From an uncultured archaeon (GTDB lineage: Archaea; Asgardarchaeota; Lokiarchaeia; Sigyniarchaeales; SOKP01), in assembly GCA_964493715.1 (NCBI GenBank), contig CAZBPC010000046.1, forward strand, positions 1 through 25,894: 25,894 bases of DNA, in the 5' to 3' direction. Numbering within the stretch: position 1 is the first letter of the stretch; each line of letters begins with the position of its first letter. The notes under the pieces were generated by a model. The model saw only the letters and a list, made by a program, of their open reading frames with translations, had not been told where the DNA came from and made no database searches. The position numbers were made by a program, and so were the translations under genes. Positions 18,440-25,894 of this stretch are shown one piece after another.

Positions 18440-20611
18440 ATGTCAACAATAATAATCTCTGAAAAAAATAAAGCTGCTCAAGCTATTGCTGAAGCACTTG
18501 GGTCTGTTAAAACTATTGATAAAGGAAAATATTTAAAAATATATCAAGTACCTTCTAGAAATCTATATGTCATACCTTTAAGAGGACATATTTTAGAATA
18601 TAAAAATACAGGAGAATTTAAGAGTTGGACCGGTTCAAACCCAAGAGAGATAATAACTAATCCTAAAGCGATTGAAAAATTTCCCATAAAATATACTAGC
18701 GCTCATATAAAAGCCTTGAGAGAATATGCTAAACTATCAAATCATTGTATCATTGGTACAGATGCTGATATAGAAGGATGTAATATTGGGTTATTAGATA
18801 GTCTTCCTTTTGTCCAAAAAGTTAATCCTCATATTAAGGTATCCCAAATGTGGCTTAGTTCACTTCAGAAAGCAGAAATTATTGACAAATTTAATCATCT
18901 TATCCCTCCTAAATATAGTTGGGCTGAGAGGGGAGAAGCTCGAGCAATTATTGATGCTGTTATAGGATTTTCTGCGACACGAAAAGTTACGATCACACTA
19001 CAATCATTATTAACCAAATTTGATGTAAAATTTACTTCGATTGGTCGTGTTCAAACTAGTTCGTTATATTTAATCTATTTACGTGAACATGAAATCAAAA
19101 ATTTCATACCTGAACCTTATTTTATCATTGAATCAGTTTTATATCATGATGATGGAACATTTACAGCATTTCATGATTCAAATCCTTTCACTATAGATTT
19201 AGAGAAAAAAGCTCTTGAAATTTATCAAAAGATCAAAAATGAAAAAATTGCCCTTATTATTGATCAAAAAAAGAAAGTAATTGTTAAAACTCCGCCATCT
19301 CCTCTGAATACATCAAAAGCTTTAATATTACTCACTAAAAACTTGAAAATCACGGCTAATACAGCATTGAAGACAATGAGTGCACTTTATTTAAATAAGC
19401 TTATATCATACCCTAGAACTGATACTGATGTCTATAAAAATAGTTTTGATCATCTTAAAATTTTGAACAAAATAATTTCCCATTCTCAATATGGAAGATA
19501 TACATCTCAATTATTTAATGCAAAAAGATTTAAACCAACAGTAGGTAAGAAAGACGAAGGAGATCATCCTCCAATTACACCTCTAGAGAGTGTAGAACTA
19601 TCTTCTTCAATATTTGAAAATGATTTACAGAAAAAAGTCTATGATTTATTAATAAGGCATTATTTAGCCTTATTTGGAGAAAATGCGACAGAATCTCAAC
19701 AAGAATTAAAATTAGAAATCAAAGAGGAACCCTTTCATTCTAAAGTCGTATCCTTGGTTAATGAAGGATTTTTTGAAATTGCTCCATTCTTAAAACCACA
19801 CTATGATAATGAAATAAAAATAACAGGTAACAAAATTTCTATAAAAGAGATTACTTTTAATGAAAAAAAAACTAAACCTCCTCCACATTATTCTGATCCT
19901 TCATTACTAAAATTAATGGAAAAAAATCATCTTGGAACCAAATCAACAAGACCTCAGATTATTAAAATTTTAAATACTCGTAAATTGATTAGTAGAAAAA
20001 AAGGGATATATCAATTAACTGAATTAGGGATATTTCTAATAGAAATGTTAATTAAAATCTGGCTTCCATTCCTTAAACCTGAATTTACTAAAAATGTGGA
20101 AATAAAATTAGAAGAGATCCAAGATGGCGTGAAAAGTATGGATAAAGTCGTTTCTGAAGTAAAGAAGGATTTCTTAGAACTATTTGATAAACTCACTGAT
20201 ACCGAAAAAGATATTTCTAAAGTACTTGAGAATTATAAAGTTAAAAATTATAATTTAAAATCAGCAACAGAAAATATCATTAAACAAACTACATCGTCTT
20301 GTCCTTCCTGTAAAAATTTTCCCATGAAATTTATTAACCTAAAGCAAAAGAGATTTTTGGTTTGTTCCGATGACAACTGTAAAAAGTATTTGTCACTACC
20401 TAAAAATGGGAGAATATATTTGCTAAAATCTACATGTTCAATTTGTAATTTTAATATATTTAATGTGTATCTAAGAAAAAATAATAAACCATTTAATTAT
20501 TACTTCTGCCCAGTATGTTGGAATGAAGGATTGTCAGAAAGAAGTGGAAAAGGATTTTGTTCAAGTTGTGAATTATATAAAATTTCAGACAATAAATGTA
20601 TAAAAAGATAA
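18440..20611 (+). CDS. topA: Type IA DNA topoisomerase (archaeal Topo I/III type) with C-terminal Zn ribbons
   Basis: Toprim SEK...GH...GTDADIEG, SIGRVQT, catalytic Tyr in ISYPRTD, HPPITP and LGTKSTR. The C-terminus has CPSC, CSDDNC, CSIC, CPVC and CSSC. Confidence 0.93.
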   Translation: MSTIIISEKNKAAQAIAEALGSVKTIDKGKYLKIYQVPSRNLYVIPLRGHILEYKNTGEFKSWTGSNPREIITNPKAIEKFPIKYTSAHIKALREYAKLSNHCIIGTDADIEGCNIGLLDSLPFVQKVNPHIKVSQMWLSSLQKAEIIDKFNHLIPPKYSWAERGEARAIIDAVIGFSATRKVTITLQSLLTKFDVKFTSIGRVQTSSLYLIYLREHEIKNFIPEPYFIIESVLYHDDGTFTAFHDSNPFTIDLEKKALEIYQKIKNEKIALIIDQKKKVIVKTPPSPLNTSKALILLTKNLKITANTALKTMSALYLNKLISYPRTDTDVYKNSFDHLKILNKIISHSQYGRYTSQLFNAKRFKPTVGKKDEGDHPPITPLESVELSSSIFENDLQKKVYDLLIRHYLALFGENATESQQELKLEIKEEPFHSKVVSLVNEGFFEIAPFLKPHYDNEIKITGNKISIKEITFNEKKTKPPPHYSDPSLLKLMEKNHLGTKSTRPQIIKILNTRKLISRKKGIYQLTELGIFLIEMLIKIWLPFLKPEFTKNVEIKLEEIQDGVKSMDKVVSEVKKDFLELFDKLTDTEKDISKVLENYKVKNYNLKSATENIIKQTTSSCPSCKNFPMKFINLKQKRFLVCSDDNCKKYLSLPKNGRIYLLKSTCSICNFNIFNVYLRKNNKPFNYYFCPVCWNEGLSERSGKGFCSSCELYKISDNKCIKR

Positions 20612-20668
20612 CATTAAAATTATTAAATCAATAATTTATCTAAAAAGATAATTCTGTGTTTATGAATT

Positions 20669-21211
20669 ATGAACAAATATGCATTTTTATCAGGTTTGCT
20701 TACTTTATTCTTATTATTTTTTCAATTTATTCCCTTAGGAATAATATTTGGCTCAAGTGGCTCAATTTCTAATTGGGTTCTAGCATATTTTGGCTCTATT
20801 AATCCCTTTGTGAATTATTATTCCAAAATTTCACTTGAATTGATGTCTATTGGTGAATATCAAATATTCCTATGGGGAATCATATATAATGGAACTTTAT
20901 ATATATGGATTGAAGTACATTTTATAACATTTATTTTTCTATTCTGTATTTCAATATTAGCTATAATAACCACTTTTATAGCTAGTGGAAAGGAAAGCAA
21001 GTTAGGACAAAGATTGTGTAATTTTAGCATATTATTTATCGGATTAATCTTTGCTTATTTTCTTATAGGGATACCAATCTATAGTAATTTAATTATTGGA
21101 GTACAACTTGGATATTTTGATATTTTTTATTATTTAAATTTTGGATTTTATGTATTATTGTTAGATTTTATTTTAGCTATTGTTTCTCGAATTAACCTTC
21201 CCGTAAATTGA
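20669..21211 (+). CDS. 4-TM membrane protein of unknown function
   Basis: Four hydrophobic segments, an IFLWGII motif in loop 1 and NFGFY before the last TM. Confidence 0.75.
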   Translation: MNKYAFLSGLLTLFLLFFQFIPLGIIFGSSGSISNWVLAYFGSINPFVNYYSKISLELMSIGEYQIFLWGIIYNGTLYIWIEVHFITFIFLFCISILAIITTFIASGKESKLGQRLCNFSILFIGLIFAYFLIGIPIYSNLIIGVQLGYFDIFYYLNFGFYVLLLDFILAIVSRINLPVN

Positions 21212-21225
21212 GGTAAATATTAAAA

Positions 21226-21684
21226 ATGGCAAGAAAGTCAGGAATCTTTGGTGGTATTATAGGATTTGTGTTGGCGTTTGTCGCGAAAATACCTATATAT
21301 CAAAATATCGTAATCTCATTAAACATTTATAAATTTAAAACAACCGAGTTTTATGTATGGGGTATCCCAAGTAATGGAGAAGGATTTAGTATAAACTCAG
21401 AAAATCTAGTAACATTGACTTTCTGGTTATTTTTATTCTTCATCAGTTTAAGTTCAATATTTGCTTCACCGAAAAAATCAATTCGAAATAATTCTTTGAA
21501 ACTGTATAATCTCAATATTTTATTTTTATCAATTATGTTAATTGTATATGCTATACAGATTTTAGTAACTAATTTATCTAATTTAGGAGTAATTTTTATG
21601 AATATTGGAGCAGGATATTATGCTATAGGAATCATCTTAATTCTTAATTTGATGGCCAAAATTACCTTAAAAAAAGAAGAATGA
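21226..21684 (+). CDS. 4-TM membrane protein, probable paralog of the preceding gene
   Basis: Same layout, with FYVWGIP in loop 1 and GAGYY before the last TM. An SD-like GAGGT overlaps the upstream stop. Confidence 0.75.
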   Translation: MARKSGIFGGIIGFVLAFVAKIPIYQNIVISLNIYKFKTTEFYVWGIPSNGEGFSINSENLVTLTFWLFLFFISLSSIFASPKKSIRNNSLKLYNLNILFLSIMLIVYAIQILVTNLSNLGVIFMNIGAGYYAIGIILILNLMAKITLKKEE

Positions 21685-21689
21685 AAAAT

Positions 21690-22052
21690 TTAATCAAGGT
21701 GATACCTAAACTTGTTAAAAGCCGCTCTCGAAAGCCCGACATAATTATCTGAGATTTTATAATACATTTTACCATCAATTATTTGCCGTTCTACATAATC
21801 ATTTTTTAATGAATGATTTAGCGAAATGACCATCGTTCCTAAGGTAACAGCACCCATATACTGTTGTTGTTTTTTAGCTAATCTGATTAAATCTAATTCA
21901 GAATGCCAATTTCCGTCAAGAAGCCCCATTAATATTTCTCTTTTAACCGGCGTTTTTATGTCTTTAATTTTATTAAAGAGTTGTGAGAAATCTGGCTTAT
22001 AGTATTTTTTCAATAATTTAGTTTGTTCAAAACTATCATTTAAGTTTTCCAT
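21690..22052 (-). CDS. Winged-helix domain protein (putative DNA-binding)
   Basis: TPVKREILMGLLDG...SELDLIRL...GAVTLGTMVISL...YVERQIIDGKMYYKI fits an ArsR/PadR-like wHTH. ATG 22052 (MENLND) is preferred over 22136. Confidence 0.7.
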   Translation of the reverse strand: MENLNDSFEQTKLLKKYYKPDFSQLFNKIKDIKTPVKREILMGLLDGNWHSELDLIRLAKKQQQYMGAVTLGTMVISLNHSLKNDYVERQIIDGKMYYKISDNYVGLSRAAFNKFRYHLD

Positions 22053-22158
22053 GATTTTAAATTGAAGATAATGATTGTTATGATATAATATCGGAATAAT
22101 ATTTTTAATGAAATGTAATACGCTTGTAACATGCAATCAATTCTATCATTAAATATTT

Positions 22159-23271
22159 TCATAAAAGATTTGCAGGAATGCCTTCATTAAAGTATTGAGC
22201 TCGAGTAATCCAATTTTTAGAGAATTCTGGAATCATTGCTAGAATTGACCCACCCACCCAAACGGAAAATGTTCGTTCGCTAGGAGCTATTATTTTTATG
22301 GATTGATTTTTTCTCTTTCTCCTAGCTAGTTCTAGTTCTAATTCTTGATAAATCCTCGATTTTATATTAGGAAACATTGAAGATCCACCTGAAAGAAAAA
22401 TATTATTTAATAGTTCTGGTCTAATATCTAAATCACAATTCTCAATTACATCTAAAATTGCTTGAGGTAATGGGTCTTCCTCTAATTCGGTTGAAGGATC
22501 AAATAAGAGCTCAGGAACTTGAAATCTTTCTTTACTTAATGTTATTGTGGAACCATCTGGTAAAGAATAAGGTTTTTCATATTGTTCTTTTCTCTTAAGA
22601 TCTTCTTTATAATCTAAAGAGACAAAACAAGCCTTTTCCTTAAGAGCTCGTACTAATTCTCTTCTAATTGAAGAATCTGCTGAAAAACCAATTTCTCCCA
22701 GTATCTTTTCCATATATCTAGTTAATGTTCTCCCTCCGATGTCTAAAATGCGAACAGCATGCTCGAGTTTATATCCTTCATAAATTGGAACAATTCGAGT
22801 TATACTATCTCCGATTTCTATCACTAAACCAGTTTGAAATCCCCCAGCATAAAGAGTTAACATGGAATCAAGAACAGGATAAAAAGCATTACATTGATAT
22901 TGTTCTAAAAATAATTGAAACAATCGAATTAAATCTTGACGAGGAAATAATGGATGTACGGCAAATAATACATTTACCAGACTTGGATCCACACGTAGGT
23001 TATAAAATATATAATCCATGATTTTTTCAAATGATACCCAATCTTGAATTCTCCCTTTTTCAATAGGGTATTGAATTTTATATAATCCCAAAGACTGAAT
23101 CTCATCACCAACGTAAAACTCATCTTTCGATTTACCATAATTAAAATCGATTTGATGATATTTTGGTTTCCCCACTATTGTAAAAAATACTTGTGAGGGA
23201 AAATCTTCACCTGCAAAACCTACCTTTGAAGAAAATTGACCAATATCTAATACTACCGTTAGGTTTCCCAT
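22159..23271 (-). CDS. Actin-family protein (divergent Asgard actin-related protein)
   Basis: Colinear with eukaryotic actin over its full length: KVGFAGED, YVGDE, YPIEKG, VPIYEGY, LDIGGRTLT, LKEKACFV, YSLPDG, ERFQVPELLFDP, CDLDIR, LSGGSSMFP and IKIIAPSERTFSVWVGGSILA. Confidence 0.96.
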   Translation of the reverse strand: MGNLTVVLDIGQFSSKVGFAGEDFPSQVFFTIVGKPKYHQIDFNYGKSKDEFYVGDEIQSLGLYKIQYPIEKGRIQDWVSFEKIMDYIFYNLRVDPSLVNVLFAVHPLFPRQDLIRLFQLFLEQYQCNAFYPVLDSMLTLYAGGFQTGLVIEIGDSITRIVPIYEGYKLEHAVRILDIGGRTLTRYMEKILGEIGFSADSSIRRELVRALKEKACFVSLDYKEDLKRKEQYEKPYSLPDGSTITLSKERFQVPELLFDPSTELEEDPLPQAILDVIENCDLDIRPELLNNIFLSGGSSMFPNIKSRIYQELELELARRKRKNQSIKIIAPSERTFSVWVGGSILAMIPEFSKNWITRAQYFNEGIPANLL

Positions 23272-23331
23272 TATTTTTTTGTGGTATAAGCCTTATTGTA
23301 TAATATAATCAATCTAATACCTTATTTAATT

Positions 23332-24081
23332 TTATACTAAAAGTAGTTTTAAAGGAGTATAAGTCGTTTCAGGTATAAATGCCTCTCCAAATGAGGAATT
23401 TATTTCATTTCCCCGTAAAATCGCGGTATCTTCTGCCCAACCAATTACTCGTTCTAAAACTTCTTTTTGTGAAGTATAGACTTCATTAAATATGTTTTTC
23501 TTTTGTTCCCAATAATTTTCTATGTCTACGATTACAAATACGGATCCATCAATATATTGGAATTTACATGAAGGGGACTCATAATAATAAACTCCAAAAG
23601 GTATCCAATTTCTTCCATGACCACCATACGCATTTCCAGAAGAACAGTGATAAATAGCTTCGCGAGTGATTAATGAAAGATTTCTATGAACTCTATGAAA
23701 ATCAGAAAAATGTGGTACTAAAATTACTTGAGGTTTATAATCTCTTATCAAATTCGTGATTTTAGATATTTTTTGGCTTGTTATGTCTCTATTTTCGAAA
23801 TTGAGTTCTATAATTTCACAATTCAATACTTTTTTTACTTGAATTAATTCAGCATGTCTTTGTTTTATTATTCCACTTCTTTGTGATTCTTTTGCATATC
23901 CTCCCAAACCACTAGAAGAAACTACAATGATAATTTCTGAACCTAATTCTTGGTATTTGAGTAAGGTCCCTCCACAAGAAATAATTTCATCATCAGGATG
24001 GCCTGCGAAAATCATTATTCTTTTTGGAATTACAATGGGAACACTAATATCACAAATTAAGAGTTGTTGATCATTCATCAA
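23332..24081 (-). CDS. PIG-L/LmbE family N-acetylglucosaminyl deacetylase
   Basis: FAGHPDDE..SCGGTL, R..E, IRDYKPQVIL.P and DFHRVH (variant of HPDH), plus YSQ-like YTSQ and GEAF. Confidence 0.9.
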   Translation of the reverse strand: MMNDQQLLICDISVPIVIPKRIMIFAGHPDDEIISCGGTLLKYQELGSEIIIVVSSSGLGGYAKESQRSGIIKQRHAELIQVKKVLNCEIIELNFENRDITSQKISKITNLIRDYKPQVILVPHFSDFHRVHRNLSLITREAIYHCSSGNAYGGHGRNWIPFGVYYYESPSCKFQYIDGSVFVIVDIENYWEQKKNIFNEVYTSQKEVLERVIGWAEDTAILRGNEINSSFGEAFIPETTYTPLKLLLV

Positions 24082-24177
24082 ATAATGATTTTAATCTAAG
24101 ATAATAAAGATTTATATTTAATTGAGATTACATTGATAAAAATAGAAAATTGAACTTATAAAAAGAATTGAGAGAAT

Positions 24178-24888
24178 TTATTCTCCACGCATAATCTTTT
24201 TTAGCCTATTTAACTCTTCAAGCATCTCGTCTCGAAGCGAACTTAAACCACCACCAGCTTGAGGTGTTGTTGGCGCACTAGATCTGCCAGGAGGGGCTGT
24301 GGGAGCAACAGGTGGACCAGGTGGACCAGCTCTTTTCGCAAATGAAGGCGTTTGAACTGTTGGTCCGGGAGGAGCTTTAGGTGGACCACTTCCTGCAGTT
24401 GGGGGTAATTTTGGAGCAGGTGGTAAATTAGATCTCATTGGAGGTCCTCCAGTAGGAGCTTTAGGTGGGCCAGTCATTGCAATGGGAGCTTGTGGTAGAC
24501 TACCTCCATCAGAAGGTCTTTTTGGAGGACCACTTACTTTAGGCGGACCTGCAGCAGTAGCTGTGGGAGCAACAGGTAGGCTTGGAGCGCTAATAGGAGG
24601 ATTAGACGCACTAGGAGCACCACCACTTAATAAATTAAATAACGTGCTTGCAGCCGCAGTTTTTGCTTGTATGGGGGCTTCTCCAATAACCTTTTTAGAG
24701 GAAGTGCTAACAGTGTGAGCTTGTGGTGCAACTTCAACTTCCTTTAAATCTTTTAAAGCTTTGTTCAATGATTGAATGAAATCATTTAACCCCTTTACTG
24801 TGTCTTCAAGATCATCTGATAATGATTGTAATCCCTTTTTCATGAAATTGATGACGCGTTCTACCTTTTTTTGTTCTTTAGGAACCAA
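24178..24888 (-). CDS. Proline-rich protein: N-terminal coiled coil, long Pro/Ala/Gly linker, C-terminal amphipathic helix ending in LKKI
   Basis: 236-aa ORF with a TTG start and GAGG 8 nt upstream. Heptads cover aa ~8-52. GPPK occurs four times. The C-terminus is GGGLSSLRDEMLEELNRLKKIMRGE. Confidence 0.85.
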   Translation of the reverse strand: MVPKEQKKVERVINFMKKGLQSLSDDLEDTVKGLNDFIQSLNKALKDLKEVEVAPQAHTVSTSSKKVIGEAPIQAKTAAASTLFNLLSGGAPSASNPPISAPSLPVAPTATAAGPPKVSGPPKRPSDGGSLPQAPIAMTGPPKAPTGGPPMRSNLPPAPKLPPTAGSGPPKAPPGPTVQTPSFAKRAGPPGPPVAPTAPPGRSSAPTTPQAGGGLSSLRDEMLEELNRLKKIMRGE

Positions 24889-25360
24889 GATTCAATCCTC
24901 AAAAATAATATTTTAAGTACTTATAAGTAGTTTATTAAACTACTCAAAAAAATTAAATTATAATCTTAATGGTATTATATTAATTTTCATTTATAATATT
25001 ATATTTTTTTCAAATCTTAATACTTCAAACATAGCTCAAGAGCAACTCTTATTTTTGTCTTATTTATTTTCGTCATAAAGAAAAATTGAAGGTTCATCTC
25101 ATAAGGAATTCAAAATGTGGCTCTGAATATGATGATATATTAATAAATGATTCCTTTTATTTCGCATCAGAATTAGATTTATTCTAAAATAATTTTGAAA
25201 TTTTATAAAGTTAATTGAAGGTTAATTTAATGTCTTTAAAAACCTAAAATGAGTCGTCATCATAAAAGACAACAATTAAAAACATCAAATATAATATATT
25301 ATATACTATTATTCATTTGTAATCTTTAAATTAGATACTTAAATTTTTAATGAAATTCTT

Positions 25361-25367
25361 AGGTGAT
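25361..25367 (+). promoter_or_regulatory. Shine-Dalgarno motif of the TAG-interrupted gene
   Basis: AGGTGAT lies 9 nt before ATG 25377 and is identical to the motif before the kinase gene. Confidence 0.6.
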
Positions 25368-25376
25368 TAAGAAAAA

Positions 25377-25676
25377 ATGGCAAAAAGAGAGCTCTTCATA
25401 ATAGGTCTTCTAACACTTAGTTAGTCCTGTGAAAAACGTGTTTATGAAATCGTAAACGAGCTCAAGATTCCCTTAATTGACGAACGTGTATATGATAAAG
25501 TAACTTTCAATACAAATGCTGCTGTAGCTAAATTAATCTTCAAATTTGAAGAAGATGAATCTGTTATCAGAGGTTTTCTTGGTCTCGCCGAATATTTTCA
25601 TACTGTAGTTATTAAAAAAGGCGACCAATTCTTCATTCCTCACGCTTCGATTCTTTTCCAACTCATTAGCTCGTAA
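25377..25676 (+). CDS. 99-codon gene with one in-frame TAG at codon 16 (25422..25424); amber read-through candidate or pseudogene
   Basis: Manual translation gives MAKRELFIIGLLTLS*SCEKRVYEIVNELKIPLIDERVYDKVTFNTNAAVAKLIFKFEEDESVIRGFLGLAEYFHTVVIKKGDQFFIPHASILFQLISS-TAA. There is an SD upstream, a T-tract downstream and no in-frame ATG/GTG/TTG after the TAG. Confidence 0.7.
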
Positions 25677-25691
25677 TTTTATCTTTTTTTT
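25677..25691 (+). terminator. T-tract, probable terminator of the TAG-interrupted gene
   Basis: ttttatctttttttt immediately follows TAA 25674..25676. Confidence 0.45.
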
Positions 25692-25847
25692 ACTTTCTAT
25701 TTTATCTTTACTCCCGTCTAAAGCAAATATAGGATCCGTTTTAAGATTATTTTCATAAAAATTGGACTCCATCATGTAAATATATTTCCTTTCTCTTAGA
25801 AAAATAACAACAAATTAAATATAAATGATTGAAAGGTAATTAAAAAA

Positions 25848-25894
25848 ATGTGGAATAATTCAATTTTAAGCGCATTTAGAGATTTTGGTAAGAA
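25848..25894 (+). CDS. Probable start of a gene running off the window (MWNNSILSAFRDFGK...)
   Basis: ATG preceded by AAGGT and an A-run, open to the window end. Too short to assign a product. Confidence 0.4.
   Translation, partial: MWNNSILSAFRDFGK

Noticed and set aside
24256-24620. GC-rich repetitive stretch as a possible foreign insert, CRISPR array or repeat element
   Set aside because: The higher GC and ggagc/ggtgg repeats are explained by Pro/Gly/Ala codons of the proline-rich gene. There is no repeat-spacer periodicity.
1204-24718. Other short antisense or overlapping ORFs (1204..1485, 8522..8764, 12057..12461, 13400..13618, 13615..13911, 14388..14591, 15311..15496, 16885..17145, 20011..20196, 22725..23021, 24482..24718)
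   Set aside because: Each lies on the opposite strand of a longer, better-supported gene and shows no motif of its own.
24889-25360. Long divergent intergenic region as a possible ncRNA or small ORF (for example a 19-codon minus-strand ORF MTKINKTKIRVALELCLKY near 25017..25076)
   Set aside because: Very AT-rich, with no convincing stem-loops, repeats or SD motif. It is adequately explained as divergent promoters and UTRs.
25533-25775. 80-aa minus-strand ORF from the track
   Set aside because: It overlaps the plus-strand gene 25377..25676, which has a better SD, a terminator and more protein-like sequence. Its K-rich part is simply the reverse complement of the T-tract. Probably a shadow ORF.
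25824-25866. ATGA-TTGAA...TTCAA as a possible eukaryote-type SECIS downstream of the TAG-interrupted gene
   Set aside because: The required GA on the 3' side of the core is missing, the stem is short, and the region overlaps the probable start of the next gene. It also lies beyond the T-tract terminator.

Overview
Strongly AT-rich, gene-dense window that looks like an Asgard archaeon of the Lokiarchaeia type. This is inferred from an actin-family gene, two Ras-superfamily small GTPases (one fused to a longin-like domain), HEAT/coiled-coil proteins, archaeal-type Shine-Dalgarno motifs (AGGTGA) and T-tract terminators. About 23 genes from the ORF track are credible. Housekeeping genes include an M32 carboxypeptidase, a CDP-alcohol phosphatidyltransferase, purD, a type IA topoisomerase, a multi-PAS histidine kinase and a 4Fe-4S protein. 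The most interesting part is the last 4.2 kb. (i) A co-oriented minus-strand run encodes a coiled-coil/proline-rich protein with a WH2/VASP-like C-terminal helix, a PIG-L deacetylase, a divergent actin-related protein with changed catalytic residues, and a winged-helix protein. (ii) Divergent from it is a 99-codon gene that the ORF track missed (25377..25676). It has a strong SD motif and a T-tract terminator but is interrupted by a single in-frame TAG at codon 16, in a window where none of the other 23 genes ends in TAG, so it is a candidate for amber recoding or else a nonsense mutation. I recognised no rRNA, tRNA, CRISPR array or mobile element. All calls come from motif reading by eye; no searches were run.
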